From the NCBI GenBank assembly GCA_964344345.1, contig CAYFNC010000012.1, positions 12,716-76,715 on the forward strand: 64,000 nucleotides of DNA, written 5' to 3'. Shown piece after piece: positions 57,273 through 64,000 of the stretch (position 1 is the first letter of the stretch; each line of letters begins with the position of its first letter). The notes beneath the pieces are model-generated. The model saw only the letters and a list, made by a program, of their open reading frames with translations. It was not told the origin of the DNA and ran no database searches. The DNA comes from an uncultured Hyphomicrobiales bacterium. GTDB taxonomy: Bacteria > Pseudomonadota > Alphaproteobacteria > Rhodospirillales > CAYFNC01. Both the position numbers and the translations under genes were made by a program.

Positions 57273-57632
57273 TCACCGCGCGGCGAGCGCCCCCCAGCCG
57301 AACGCGGCCCAGCCCGCCATCAGCAACCCGCCGCCGATGGGCGCCGCGCCCGTGACCGGCACCGCGCCGGTGAGCGCGAGGGCGTAGAGGACGCCGCAGA
57401 ACAGGACGATTCCGGCGGTGAAGGACCAGCCCGCGATCCGGGCGGGCGTGGGCGCGCGCTCGAACAGCCAGGCGACGGCCAACAGCGCCAGCGCGTGCCA
57501 CATCTGATAGCGCACCGCCATGTTGAACATCTCGCGGAGCGGGTCCTCGGCGACCAGCAGGTGCCAGCCGTAGGCGTCGGCGGACACGGCGACGAGCCCG
57601 TTCAAGGCGGCGAGAAAAAGCCAGAGGCGCAT
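57273..57632 (-). CDS. DUF423-family small membrane protein
   Basis: 119 aa with four hydrophobic helices and the motif AVRYQMWHALALL. Confidence 0.75.
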   Translation of the reverse strand: MRLWLFLAALNGLVAVSADAYGWHLLVAEDPLREMFNMAVRYQMWHALALLAVAWLFERAPTPARIAGWSFTAGIVLFCGVLYALALTGAVPVTGAAPIGGGLLMAGWAAFGWGALAAR

Positions 57633-57648
57633 AAGGCGGTGGAGTCCG

Positions 57649-57891
57649 TCAGCCGGACCAGGGGCACATGCCCGTGGCGCAACCGCCGGTGGCGCACGAC
57701 GGCGCGGGCTCGGGCTCGGAGCCGACGCTGCCGCTGATGGCGGGCGCGCTCAGGCCCTTGGTGATCTGGGTGTCCCCGCACTCGGGGCACTTGAGCTCCC
57801 CCTTCTCGGCGAGTTCCTGGTACTCGTCCGACGACTTGAACCATTCGTCGAAGCTGTGGCCCTTGGAGCAGCGCAGGGTGTAGACGATCAT
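57649..57891 (-). CDS. DUF1178-family zinc-ribbon protein
   Basis: Only the last 80 codons of track ORF 57649..59085 are credible. It reads MIVYTLRCSKGHSFDEWFKSSDEYQELAEKGELKCPECGDTQITK. Confidence 0.75.
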   Translation of the reverse strand: MIVYTLRCSKGHSFDEWFKSSDEYQELAEKGELKCPECGDTQITKGLSAPAISGSVGSEPEPAPSCATGGCATGMCPWSG

Positions 57892-58000
57892 CGTTGGGTC
57901 CTTAGGTCTGTGGGATCGGGGCTTATATAGGACAGACGGCGGGCGGGGCCAAGCCCCGTGGTCGCGTTTCGCCCGGTCATCTTTTATTGTTCCCCCCGCC

Positions 58001-58420
58001 ATGTTCGACCGCGCCATCGCCATCACCGGCCTCGACCACGCCCGCGCCGCGCTTCGGGCCGCGTCCGACCTCGGCATGCCCGTGGCCTTGCTGTGCGCGT
58101 CGCCCGCCCTTGGGGCGCAGGCGTTCCTGGCCATGGTCCGGGCGGCGCGGGAGGAGTTTCCGGATGCGGAGGTTCTGGCGGTCATGGACTGCGGTGACGA
58201 GCCGGGGCGCGCTTTGAACGCGTTTCGCCATGGGGTTCGGGCGGTTCGGGTCGATCTCGCGCCCGAGGTCCTCGCCCGGGTCCGGGATATCGCGGGCCAG
58301 TACGGCGCGGCGTTGTGGGAGGGGGAGGTCCTGGAGGGCTCCGAACCCACGTATGAGTCTTGCCGCGACCGGCTGGCGCGATTGCCAGGGGGCGCGGGTT
58401 CGGATAAGGGTGGGGCATGA
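58001..58420 (+). CDS. Hypothetical protein, translationally coupled to thiE
   Basis: 139 aa with coding-like composition. The stop overlaps the thiE start (ATGA). I recognised no family. Confidence 0.55.
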   Translation: MFDRAIAITGLDHARAALRAASDLGMPVALLCASPALGAQAFLAMVRAAREEFPDAEVLAVMDCGDEPGRALNAFRHGVRAVRVDLAPEVLARVRDIAGQYGAALWEGEVLEGSEPTYESCRDRLARLPGGAGSDKGGA

Positions 58421-59052
58421 CCGACGAGACCTGCCGCCTCTATCTCATCACCCCGCCCCGGCTGGAGCCCCGGGCCTTCGCCGACGTCCTGGCCTCGGCC
58501 CTGGATGGGGGCGACGTCGCCTGCGTCCAGCTTCGCTTGAAGGACGCGGACGACGACGCGGTCCGCCGGGCGTGCGCGATTCTGGGGCCCGTGGTCCAGG
58601 CGCGGGACGCGGCCTTCATCCTGAACGACCGGCCCGACCTGGCCGCCGAGTGCGGCTGCGACGGGGTCCACGTGGGGCAAGAGGACGTGGGCTACGAGGA
58701 GGCGCGGGCCGCCGTCGGCGGGGACGCCATCGTCGGGGTCACCTGCCACGATTCCCGCCACCTGGCCATGGAGGCGGCGGAGCGGGGCGCGGACTACGTC
58801 GCCTTCGGCGCCTTCTTCCCCACCACCACAAAGGAGCCCAAGAGCCGGGCCGAGCCCCGCGTCATCGAGGACTGGACCGGCGCCACCACGGTTCCCTGCG
58901 TCGCCATCGGCGGGATCACCGAAGGCAACTGCGCCCCGCTGGTCGCGGCGGGGGCGGATTTCCTGGCCGTGTCCGCCGGGGTCTGGGACCACCCGGACGG
59001 CCCGGCGGAAGCGGTCCGGGCCTTCAACCGGCGGATTGCGGAAGCGGGCTGA
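58417..59052 (+). CDS. thiE: Thiamine-phosphate synthase
   Basis: 211 aa. Motifs: [26 protein letters not shown] and AIGGI. Confidence 0.92.
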   Translation: MTDETCRLYLITPPRLEPRAFADVLASALDGGDVACVQLRLKDADDDAVRRACAILGPVVQARDAAFILNDRPDLAAECGCDGVHVGQEDVGYEEARAAVGGDAIVGVTCHDSRHLAMEAAERGADYVAFGAFFPTTTKEPKSRAEPRVIEDWTGATTVPCVAIGGITEGNCAPLVAAGADFLAVSAGVWDHPDGPAEAVRAFNRRIAEAG

Positions 59053-59085
59053 TCCGGGCATAGTGGACCCGCCGAATTTATCCAT

Positions 59086-59104
59086 CGGTCATCGAGAATG
59101 ACCG
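59086..59104. promoter_or_regulatory. Palindromic candidate operator, copy 1 (CGGTCAT-N5-ATGACCG)
   Basis: CGGTCATCGAGAATGACCG is flanked by CCAT/GTGG, which extends the symmetry. It lies in the thiE to phosphatase-kinase spacer. Confidence 0.45.
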
Positions 59105-59170
59105 GTGGTCGCCCCTCAAACGCCGGGCGCGTCCTCCGGACGCTTGGCTTTCGGCGCGGGGGCGCCGCCA

Positions 59171-59189
59171 CGGTCATCTTCAATGACCG
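59171..59189. promoter_or_regulatory. Palindromic candidate operator, copy 2 (CGGTCAT-N5-ATGACCG)
   Basis: CGGTCATCTTCAATGACCG has half-sites identical to copy 1. It lies 85 bp downstream of copy 1 and 21 nt upstream of the GTG 59210 start. Confidence 0.45.
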
Positions 59190-59209
59190 CTGGCGTAAGG
59201 GGGAGCGCC

Positions 59210-60952
59210 GTGTCGAGCGAAGGGGAAACAGGGCTGGACCGTCTGGGGCTGATCGCGGCCATGGGCCGCGACTTCGCCGCCAGCCTGGACATCGAGGCGA
59301 CGCTGGAAAAAGCGCTCGACCGCATCACCCGGGAAGTCAGCGCCGTTGGCGGCGCCCTGTTCCTGCTCGACGGCGCGACGCTCACCTGCCACGCGTCGGG
59401 CGGCGGGACGGACATCACCGGGCTCACCCTTCCCGCCGACAAGGGCATCGTCGGGCGTTGCGTCACCGACAACGCGTCCCAGATGGTCCGCGACGTGTCC
59501 AAGGACCCGAGCTTCCACGGCGGCTTCGACGAAAAGACCGGGTTCCAGACCAAGTCCATCATCTGCGCCCCCATGAGCGTCCAGGACCAGCGCATCGGCG
59601 CCATCGAGCTGGTGAACAAGGCGGGCGGCGACGGATTGTTCTCGGACGAGGATCTGACGTTGCTGGAAGCGCTGAGCACCTCCGCCGCACTCGCCATCCT
59701 CAACGCCCGCCAAGCCGCCGCCCTGGTGGAGCAGGAGCGCGTCAAGCGCGAGCTGGAGTTGGCGGCGGAAATCCAGCGCACCTTGTTGCCCGAACCCCGC
59801 GACGCGCCCTATCCCGTGCACGGCCTGAACCATCCGGCGCGCATGGTGTCGGGAGATTTCTACGACTACTTCGAACTGGACGACGGGCGCATCTGCTTCA
59901 ACATCGGCGACGTGTCGGGCAAGGGCATGAACGCGGCGTTGCTGATGGCCAAGACCGCGAGCCTGTTCCGCTGCCTCGGCAAGGCCATCCACCAGCCGGG
60001 CCGCCTGCTCACCCAGGTGAACGCGGAAATCTGCGAGACCGTGACGCGGGGCATGTTCGTGACCATGGTGGGCGGCATTTACGACCCGGAAACCCGTGTG
60101 GTCCGCCTCGCCAACGCCGGGCACGAGCCGCCGCTCGTCTTCGCCCCGGACGGGACCTGCCGCGCCATCGAGGCCGAGGCCCCGCCGCTCGGCGTCATTC
60201 CGTTCGCGCCGGAGGACGAGGGCTTTCCCGAAACCGAAATCAAGCTCGACGGCGGCGCGCTCTACATGTTCACCGACGGCGTGACCGAGGGCCGGAAAGA
60301 GGACGGCGAACAGCTCGGCGCCGACGCGGTCATGGAGCGCATCCGCGAATTCACCGCCTTGCCGCTGGCCGAGCGCCTGGACACGGTGGTCGAGCCGCTC
60401 AGCCGGACCGAGGGCCCCCTTTACGACGACATCACCATCATCGCCGTCGATTCCAGCCCAGACGCCGCCCACGAACGCCCCAAGCCCGCCGCCGACCCGG
60501 TGACCGTGTCGGGCCGGGCGAGCGAGGAGCCTTTGCTGAAAATCCACTTCAACGCCCTTCCCGACCGCTTGAAGCTGGTCCGGAGCGCGGTGTCCGAGGC
60601 GGCCAAGCTCTGCGGCTGCAACACCTTCACCGCGCTCGACATCGTGCTGGCGGTGGACGAGGCGTGCCAGAACGTGATCCGCCACGCCTACGGCCACGAC
60701 CCCGAGGGCGAAATCGAGATGGAAATCCGGCGCAACGGGGGCGAGCTCATCATCCTGCTGCGCGATTTCGCCGAGACCGTGGACCCGGAAACCATCAAGC
60801 CCCGGGACCTGGACGACGTGCGCCCGGGCGGGCTCGGCACCCACTTCATCAACGAGATCATGGACTCGGTCGAATGGCTGGCGCCCGATGGCGGCGGAAA
60901 CCTGTTGAAATTGGTCAAGAAAGCATGCGAGACACACCATCATGAAGCATGA
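59210..60952 (+). CDS. Fusion protein: GAF sensor - PP2C/SpoIIE-type Ser phosphatase - RsbW/SpoIIAB-type Ser kinase (HATPase_c_2)
   Basis: I prefer GTG 59210 because of the SD aagggggag; alternatives are ATG 59183 and 59105. GAF region: GALFLLDG...GIVGRCV...SIICAPM..IGAIELVN. PP2C region: SGDFYDYF, IGDVSGKGMNAALLMA, MFTDGVTE and YDDITIIAV. Kinase region: N-box EACQNVIRHAY and G-box RPGGLGTHFI. Confidence 0.85.
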   Translation: MSSEGETGLDRLGLIAAMGRDFAASLDIEATLEKALDRITREVSAVGGALFLLDGATLTCHASGGGTDITGLTLPADKGIVGRCVTDNASQMVRDVSKDPSFHGGFDEKTGFQTKSIICAPMSVQDQRIGAIELVNKAGGDGLFSDEDLTLLEALSTSAALAILNARQAAALVEQERVKRELELAAEIQRTLLPEPRDAPYPVHGLNHPARMVSGDFYDYFELDDGRICFNIGDVSGKGMNAALLMAKTASLFRCLGKAIHQPGRLLTQVNAEICETVTRGMFVTMVGGIYDPETRVVRLANAGHEPPLVFAPDGTCRAIEAEAPPLGVIPFAPEDEGFPETEIKLDGGALYMFTDGVTEGRKEDGEQLGADAVMERIREFTALPLAERLDTVVEPLSRTEGPLYDDITIIAVDSSPDAAHERPKPAADPVTVSGRASEEPLLKIHFNALPDRLKLVRSAVSEAAKLCGCNTFTALDIVLAVDEACQNVIRHAYGHDPEGEIEMEIRRNGGELIILLRDFAETVDPETIKPRDLDDVRPGGLGTHFINEIMDSVEWLAPDGGGNLLKLVKKACETHHHEA

Positions 60953-61274
60953 AACAACGGAAAAGGACGGCGCCTGCGTCGTCGCGTTCGAAGGCGACAT
61001 GGACCTGGACAGCTCTCCCGGCGCCCGCAAGGCGCTGTTGGACACGGTCGCCAAGGGAAAACCCATCGTGGTCGATTTGTCCCAGGTGGGCTACATCGAC
61101 AGTTCCGGCGTGGCGTCGCTGGTCGAGGCCCTGCAGGCGGCGCGCAAGAAGGGCGTCGGGTTCTCCTTGGCGGCGCTGAGCGAGGCGGCGGGCCGGGTCC
61201 TGCAGCTCGCCAGGCTCGACAAGGTGTTCACCATCCACGGAACCGTTGACGACGCCGTCGCCAACACCAAGTAG
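60942..61274 (+). CDS. STAS-domain protein (anti-sigma-antagonist / MlaB-like)
   Basis: 110 aa. The motif VVDLSQVGYIDSSGVASLVEA keeps the conserved phosphorylatable Ser (Ser54/55, nt 61101..61106). It overlaps the upstream gene by 11 nt. Confidence 0.88.
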   Translation: MKHETTEKDGACVVAFEGDMDLDSSPGARKALLDTVAKGKPIVVDLSQVGYIDSSGVASLVEALQAARKKGVGFSLAALSEAAGRVLQLARLDKVFTIHGTVDDAVANTK

Positions 61275-61282
61275 GAACCGGC

Positions 61283-62098
61283 ATGGCCGACAGCGACACG
61301 GACAGCGCGCCGACCCGCTTCATGGAAAGGGTGGGCAAGACCACCGTCCGGGGGGTGGAGGAGATCGGGTTCTGCGGCACCCTGCTCTGGGACAGCCTTT
61401 ACTGGCTGGTCTTGGGCCCCCGCATGCGCCAGCCCGTGCGCCACGCACACGTGTTCGCCCAGATGATGGAGATCGGCATCCTCGCCATTCCCATCGTCGC
61501 GGTCATGGCGGCGACCATCGGCATCATGCTGGCGATCCAGGGCATCCACACGCTCCGCATCTTCGGCGCGGAATCGCGGGTCACCATCGGAATCGCGCTG
61601 TCCATGACCCGGGAGTTCGCGCCGCTGATCACCGGAATTCTGGTCGCCGGGCGGTCGGGCTCGGCCTTGGCGGCCCGGCTCGGCACCATGACCATCAACC
61701 AGGAATTGGACGCGCTCCAGGTCATGGGCATCAACCCGGTGCGCTATCTGGTCACGCCCGCGCTTCTGGGCGCGCTGGTCATGGTTCCGGCGTTGACCAT
61801 GATGTCGGACATCGTGGGGCTGTCCGCCGCCGGGGTCTACGTGGCGCTCGACCTCGGGCTCAGCATGGCGGCCTATTGGGACCAGACCATTGAAATCCTG
61901 TCCGTGGACGACGTGATCCACGGGCTCGGCAAAAGCGCCATCTTCGCCATCCTGATCGCGGTGATCGGGGTGGCCAACGGGGCCTCGGTTCAGGGCGGGG
62001 CCGAAGGGGTGGGCAAGGTCACCACCCGCGCCGTGGTCCAGTCCATCGCCGCCATCGTGGTGACCGACATGCTGTTCACGTTCGTGGTGACCCGTTGA
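61283..62098 (+). CDS. MlaE-family ABC transporter permease
   Basis: 271 aa, polytopic. Motifs: REFAPLITGILVAGRSGSALAARLGTM and ELDALQVMGINP. Confidence 0.88.
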   Translation: MADSDTDSAPTRFMERVGKTTVRGVEEIGFCGTLLWDSLYWLVLGPRMRQPVRHAHVFAQMMEIGILAIPIVAVMAATIGIMLAIQGIHTLRIFGAESRVTIGIALSMTREFAPLITGILVAGRSGSALAARLGTMTINQELDALQVMGINPVRYLVTPALLGALVMVPALTMMSDIVGLSAAGVYVALDLGLSMAAYWDQTIEILSVDDVIHGLGKSAIFAILIAVIGVANGASVQGGAEGVGKVTTRAVVQSIAAIVVTDMLFTFVVTR

Positions 62099-62934
62099 TG
62101 ACCGACGCCACCCCCATCCAAGAACGCCCCAAGGTGATCGAGGTCGAGAAGCTCGTCACCCACTACGGCCCCCGCATGATCCTCAAGGGCGTGGACATGG
62201 ACGTCCACGAGGGCGAAATCATGGTGATCATGGGCGGCAGCGGCTCGGGCAAGAGCACGCTTCTGCGACATATGCTGTCGTTGGAGAACGCGACCTCGGG
62301 CGCCATCAGGATCCTGGGCGAGGACGTGACCCAGATCGACCAGCAGGGCATGTTCAAGCTGCGCAAGAAGCTGGGCGTGGCGTTCCAGGGCGGCGCGCTG
62401 TTCAGCTCCATGACGGTGGGCGAGAACATCCAGTTGCCGCTCTACGAACACACCGACCTCGACCCCATGACCATGGACATCATGGCCCGAATGAAGCTCG
62501 AGGTGGTGAACCTGGCGGGCTTCGAGGATCTGAAGCCGTCCGAGCTTTCGGGCGGCATGATCAAGCGCGCGGCGCTCGCCCGCGCCATCGTCATGGACCC
62601 GCGCATCCTGTTTTGCGACGAGCCGTCGGCGGGCCTCGACCCCGTGGTCTCGTCGGCGCTGGACGATTTGATCTTGAAGCTCCGCGACGCCATGAACATG
62701 AGCATCGTCGTGGTCACCCACGAACTGGACAGCGCGTTCAAGATCGCGGACCGCATCACCGTGCTGGACCGGGGCGACATCCTGTGCATCGGCACCGTGG
62801 ACGAGGTGCGCAACCATCCGAGCGAGCGCATCCAGAACCTGCTTAACCGGCGAATGGAGGACGAGGAGGTGGATCCCGAGGACTACCTGCGCCGCCTGAC
62901 CGGCGAAAAGAACAGCGAAGAGGCCAGGCCATGA
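62095..62934 (+). CDS. MlaF-family ABC transporter ATP-binding protein
   Basis: Walker A GGSGSGKST, signature LSGGMIKR and Walker B LFCDEPSAGLD. It carries an acidic C-terminal tail of about 35 aa. ATGA overlaps occur at both ends. Confidence 0.9.
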   Translation: MMTDATPIQERPKVIEVEKLVTHYGPRMILKGVDMDVHEGEIMVIMGGSGSGKSTLLRHMLSLENATSGAIRILGEDVTQIDQQGMFKLRKKLGVAFQGGALFSSMTVGENIQLPLYEHTDLDPMTMDIMARMKLEVVNLAGFEDLKPSELSGGMIKRAALARAIVMDPRILFCDEPSAGLDPVVSSALDDLILKLRDAMNMSIVVVTHELDSAFKIADRITVLDRGDILCIGTVDEVRNHPSERIQNLLNRRMEDEEVDPEDYLRRLTGEKNSEEARP

Positions 62935-63905
62935 AGAACGCCAAAATAAACTACGTCGCGGTGGGCGGCTTCGTCATCGCCATGGTGGCCGCGCTGATCG
63001 TGTCCATCGCCATGCTGACCGGCCGCACCGGCGCCACCGACGAGTACTACGTCGAGTACGGCAACGTGTCGGGGGTCAAGTTCGGGACCCAGGTGGTCTA
63101 CGAGGGCTATCCCATCGGCCAGGTCGAGGACATCACGCCCGGGGAGCGGGACGGCCGCATGGTCTTTCGCGTCGATCTCAGCGTGAACGAGGGCTGGCGC
63201 ATCCCCAAGGACAGCGTCGCCACCGTGGCGGCGTCGGGCCTTCTGTCCGCCGTGGTCATCGCCATCGAGGCGGGCGAAAGCCCCGTCGCCCACGACCCCG
63301 GCGCCCAGATCGACGGGCGCGAGGCGTCCAACATCTTCGCCGCCATGTCCACGGTCGCGGCCGAAATCAGCGACCTCGCCCGCAACGACATCAAGCCCCT
63401 GCTCGCGGCGCTCAGAGGCACGGTCGGGTCGGTGGGCTCGATCCTGGATTCCGACGGCAAGGTTCTGTTGCAGGAAATCACCGGCATCGCCCGCGACCTG
63501 TCCGAGCGCGCGCCCAAGATTGTCCAGAACCTGGAAACCTTCACCGGGCGCATCACGGACGCGAGCGAGCACGTCTCCAAGTTCGTCACCGCCGAGAACA
63601 CCAAGAAGCTCCAGGGCATGATCAACAACCTGGACGTCACCGCCAGGAACTTCACCAAGCTATCGAAAAACATGGACCAGTTGGCCCAGACCATGAACAA
63701 GCTGGTGACCGAAAACGAGGACGACGTGGCCAAGTCGGTCGAGGAGCTCCGCTACGTCATGGACTCCATGGCCCGGCACATCGACGCCATCAACGAGAAC
63801 GTGGAGGCCACCGCCCGCAACATGAACGAGTTCAGCCGCCAGATCCGGGCCAATCCCAGCCTGCTTCTGGGCGGCGAACCGCCCGAAGATAAAGGAGGCG
63901 AATGA
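62931..63905 (+). CDS. MlaD/MCE-domain substrate-binding protein
   Basis: 324 aa with an N-terminal TM anchor (VAVGGFVIAMVAALIVSIAML), an MCE core (VSGVKFGTQVVYEGYPIGQVEDI) and a long helical C-terminus. Confidence 0.88.
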   Translation: MKNAKINYVAVGGFVIAMVAALIVSIAMLTGRTGATDEYYVEYGNVSGVKFGTQVVYEGYPIGQVEDITPGERDGRMVFRVDLSVNEGWRIPKDSVATVAASGLLSAVVIAIEAGESPVAHDPGAQIDGREASNIFAAMSTVAAEISDLARNDIKPLLAALRGTVGSVGSILDSDGKVLLQEITGIARDLSERAPKIVQNLETFTGRITDASEHVSKFVTAENTKKLQGMINNLDVTARNFTKLSKNMDQLAQTMNKLVTENEDDVAKSVEELRYVMDSMARHIDAINENVEATARNMNEFSRQIRANPSLLLGGEPPEDKGGE

Positions 63906-64000
63906 TGAAGCGCGCAATCGTTCCGGCGCTGGCGCTCGCGTTGGCGCTTTCCGCCTGCTCCCCGACGCCGCAGCCGCCGGACCATTTCTACCGCCTGCAG
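63902..64000 (+). CDS. Lipoprotein, probably the ABC-type transport auxiliary component (3' end cut by the window edge)
   Basis: It starts MMKRAIVPALALALALSAC (lipobox). The start overlaps the MlaD-like stop (ATGA). Only 33 codons are visible. Confidence 0.6.
   Translation, partial: MMKRAIVPALALALALSACSPTPQPPDHFYRLQ

Noticed and set aside
57895-58416. Possible TPP riboswitch upstream of thiE
   Set aside because: I could not find the conserved TPP-riboswitch core (CUGAGA ... ACCUGAUCUGGAUAAUGCCAGCG-like). The interval is occupied by a coding-looking ORF coupled to thiE. A covariance-model scan would settle it.
57649-59085. 478-aa minus-strand ORF
   Set aside because: Only the C-terminal 80 codons (DUF1178 zinc ribbon, ATG 57891) look genuine. 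The remainder is antisense to thiE and the hypothetical gene at 58001.
59180-61066. 628-aa minus-strand ORF opposite the GAF-PP2C-kinase gene
   Set aside because: It is an antisense shadow with no motifs, while the plus-strand frame is strongly supported.
1-64000. CRISPR arrays, rRNA genes, transposases/IS elements, prophage or defence-island genes
   Set aside because: I recognised none on either strand. The only repeats seen are short low-complexity coding repeats and the small intergenic elements reported above.

Overview
High-GC chromosomal segment (G+C judged by eye, not computed). Gene content and order look alphaproteobacterial, Rhodospirillales-like: LpxI is used instead of LpxH, and DUF3035, DUF1178 and DUF423 neighbours are present. 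I could not run any search, so all calls rest on motifs read from the translations and on conserved synteny.

Most of the window is core housekeeping. (1) kdsD-lptC-lptA-lptB-rpoN-hpf-ptsN lies on the minus strand at 5.9-12.0 kb. (2) tRNA-Leu(CAG), hisD and ileS-lspA lie at 12.8-18.8 kb. (3) Envelope genes (M48 protease, SNase-like, PagL-like, PG-binding repeat protein), gatB and an EnvZ/OmpR-like pair lie at 19.4-27.6 kb. (4) The classic block rpsB-tsf-pyrH-frr-uppS-cdsA-dxr-rseP-bamA-skp-lpxD-fabZ-lpxA-lpxI-lpxB lies on the minus strand at 42.6-57.1 kb.

Four modules deserve a second look:
- (a) 59.1-64.0 kb: a tightly coupled operon. It encodes a fused GAF-PP2C phosphatase-RsbW-like kinase, a STAS protein with an intact DSSG phospho-site, and then MlaE/MlaF/MlaD-like transporter genes plus a lipoprotein. 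No sigma factor is present. Two copies of a CGGTCAT-N5-ATGACCG palindrome lie upstream.
- (b) 27.8-32.4 kb: a three-subunit 2-oxoacid:ferredoxin oxidoreductase. Its delta-type ferredoxin is fused to, or split around, a GltD-like FAD/NAD(P)H module.
- (c) 36.2-42.0 kb: an orphan SBP, a GAF/PAS histidine kinase, a CheY-like REC, an HPt-pseudoREC-REC-GGDEF protein and a hemerythrin. The layout looks like a four-step phosphorelay feeding c-di-GMP synthesis.
- (d) 1.6-4.4 kb: tandem GH57 paralogs.

Two lower-GC intergenic stretches (32.4-32.9 kb and 35.3-36.2 kb) carry repeat fragments, a perfect 31-bp inverted repeat, two small unannotated ORFs and a candidate orphan terminator. I recognised no rRNA, CRISPR array, transposase, integrase or phage genes. 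Many very long ORFs in the track are antisense or off-frame shadows typical of high-GC DNA.
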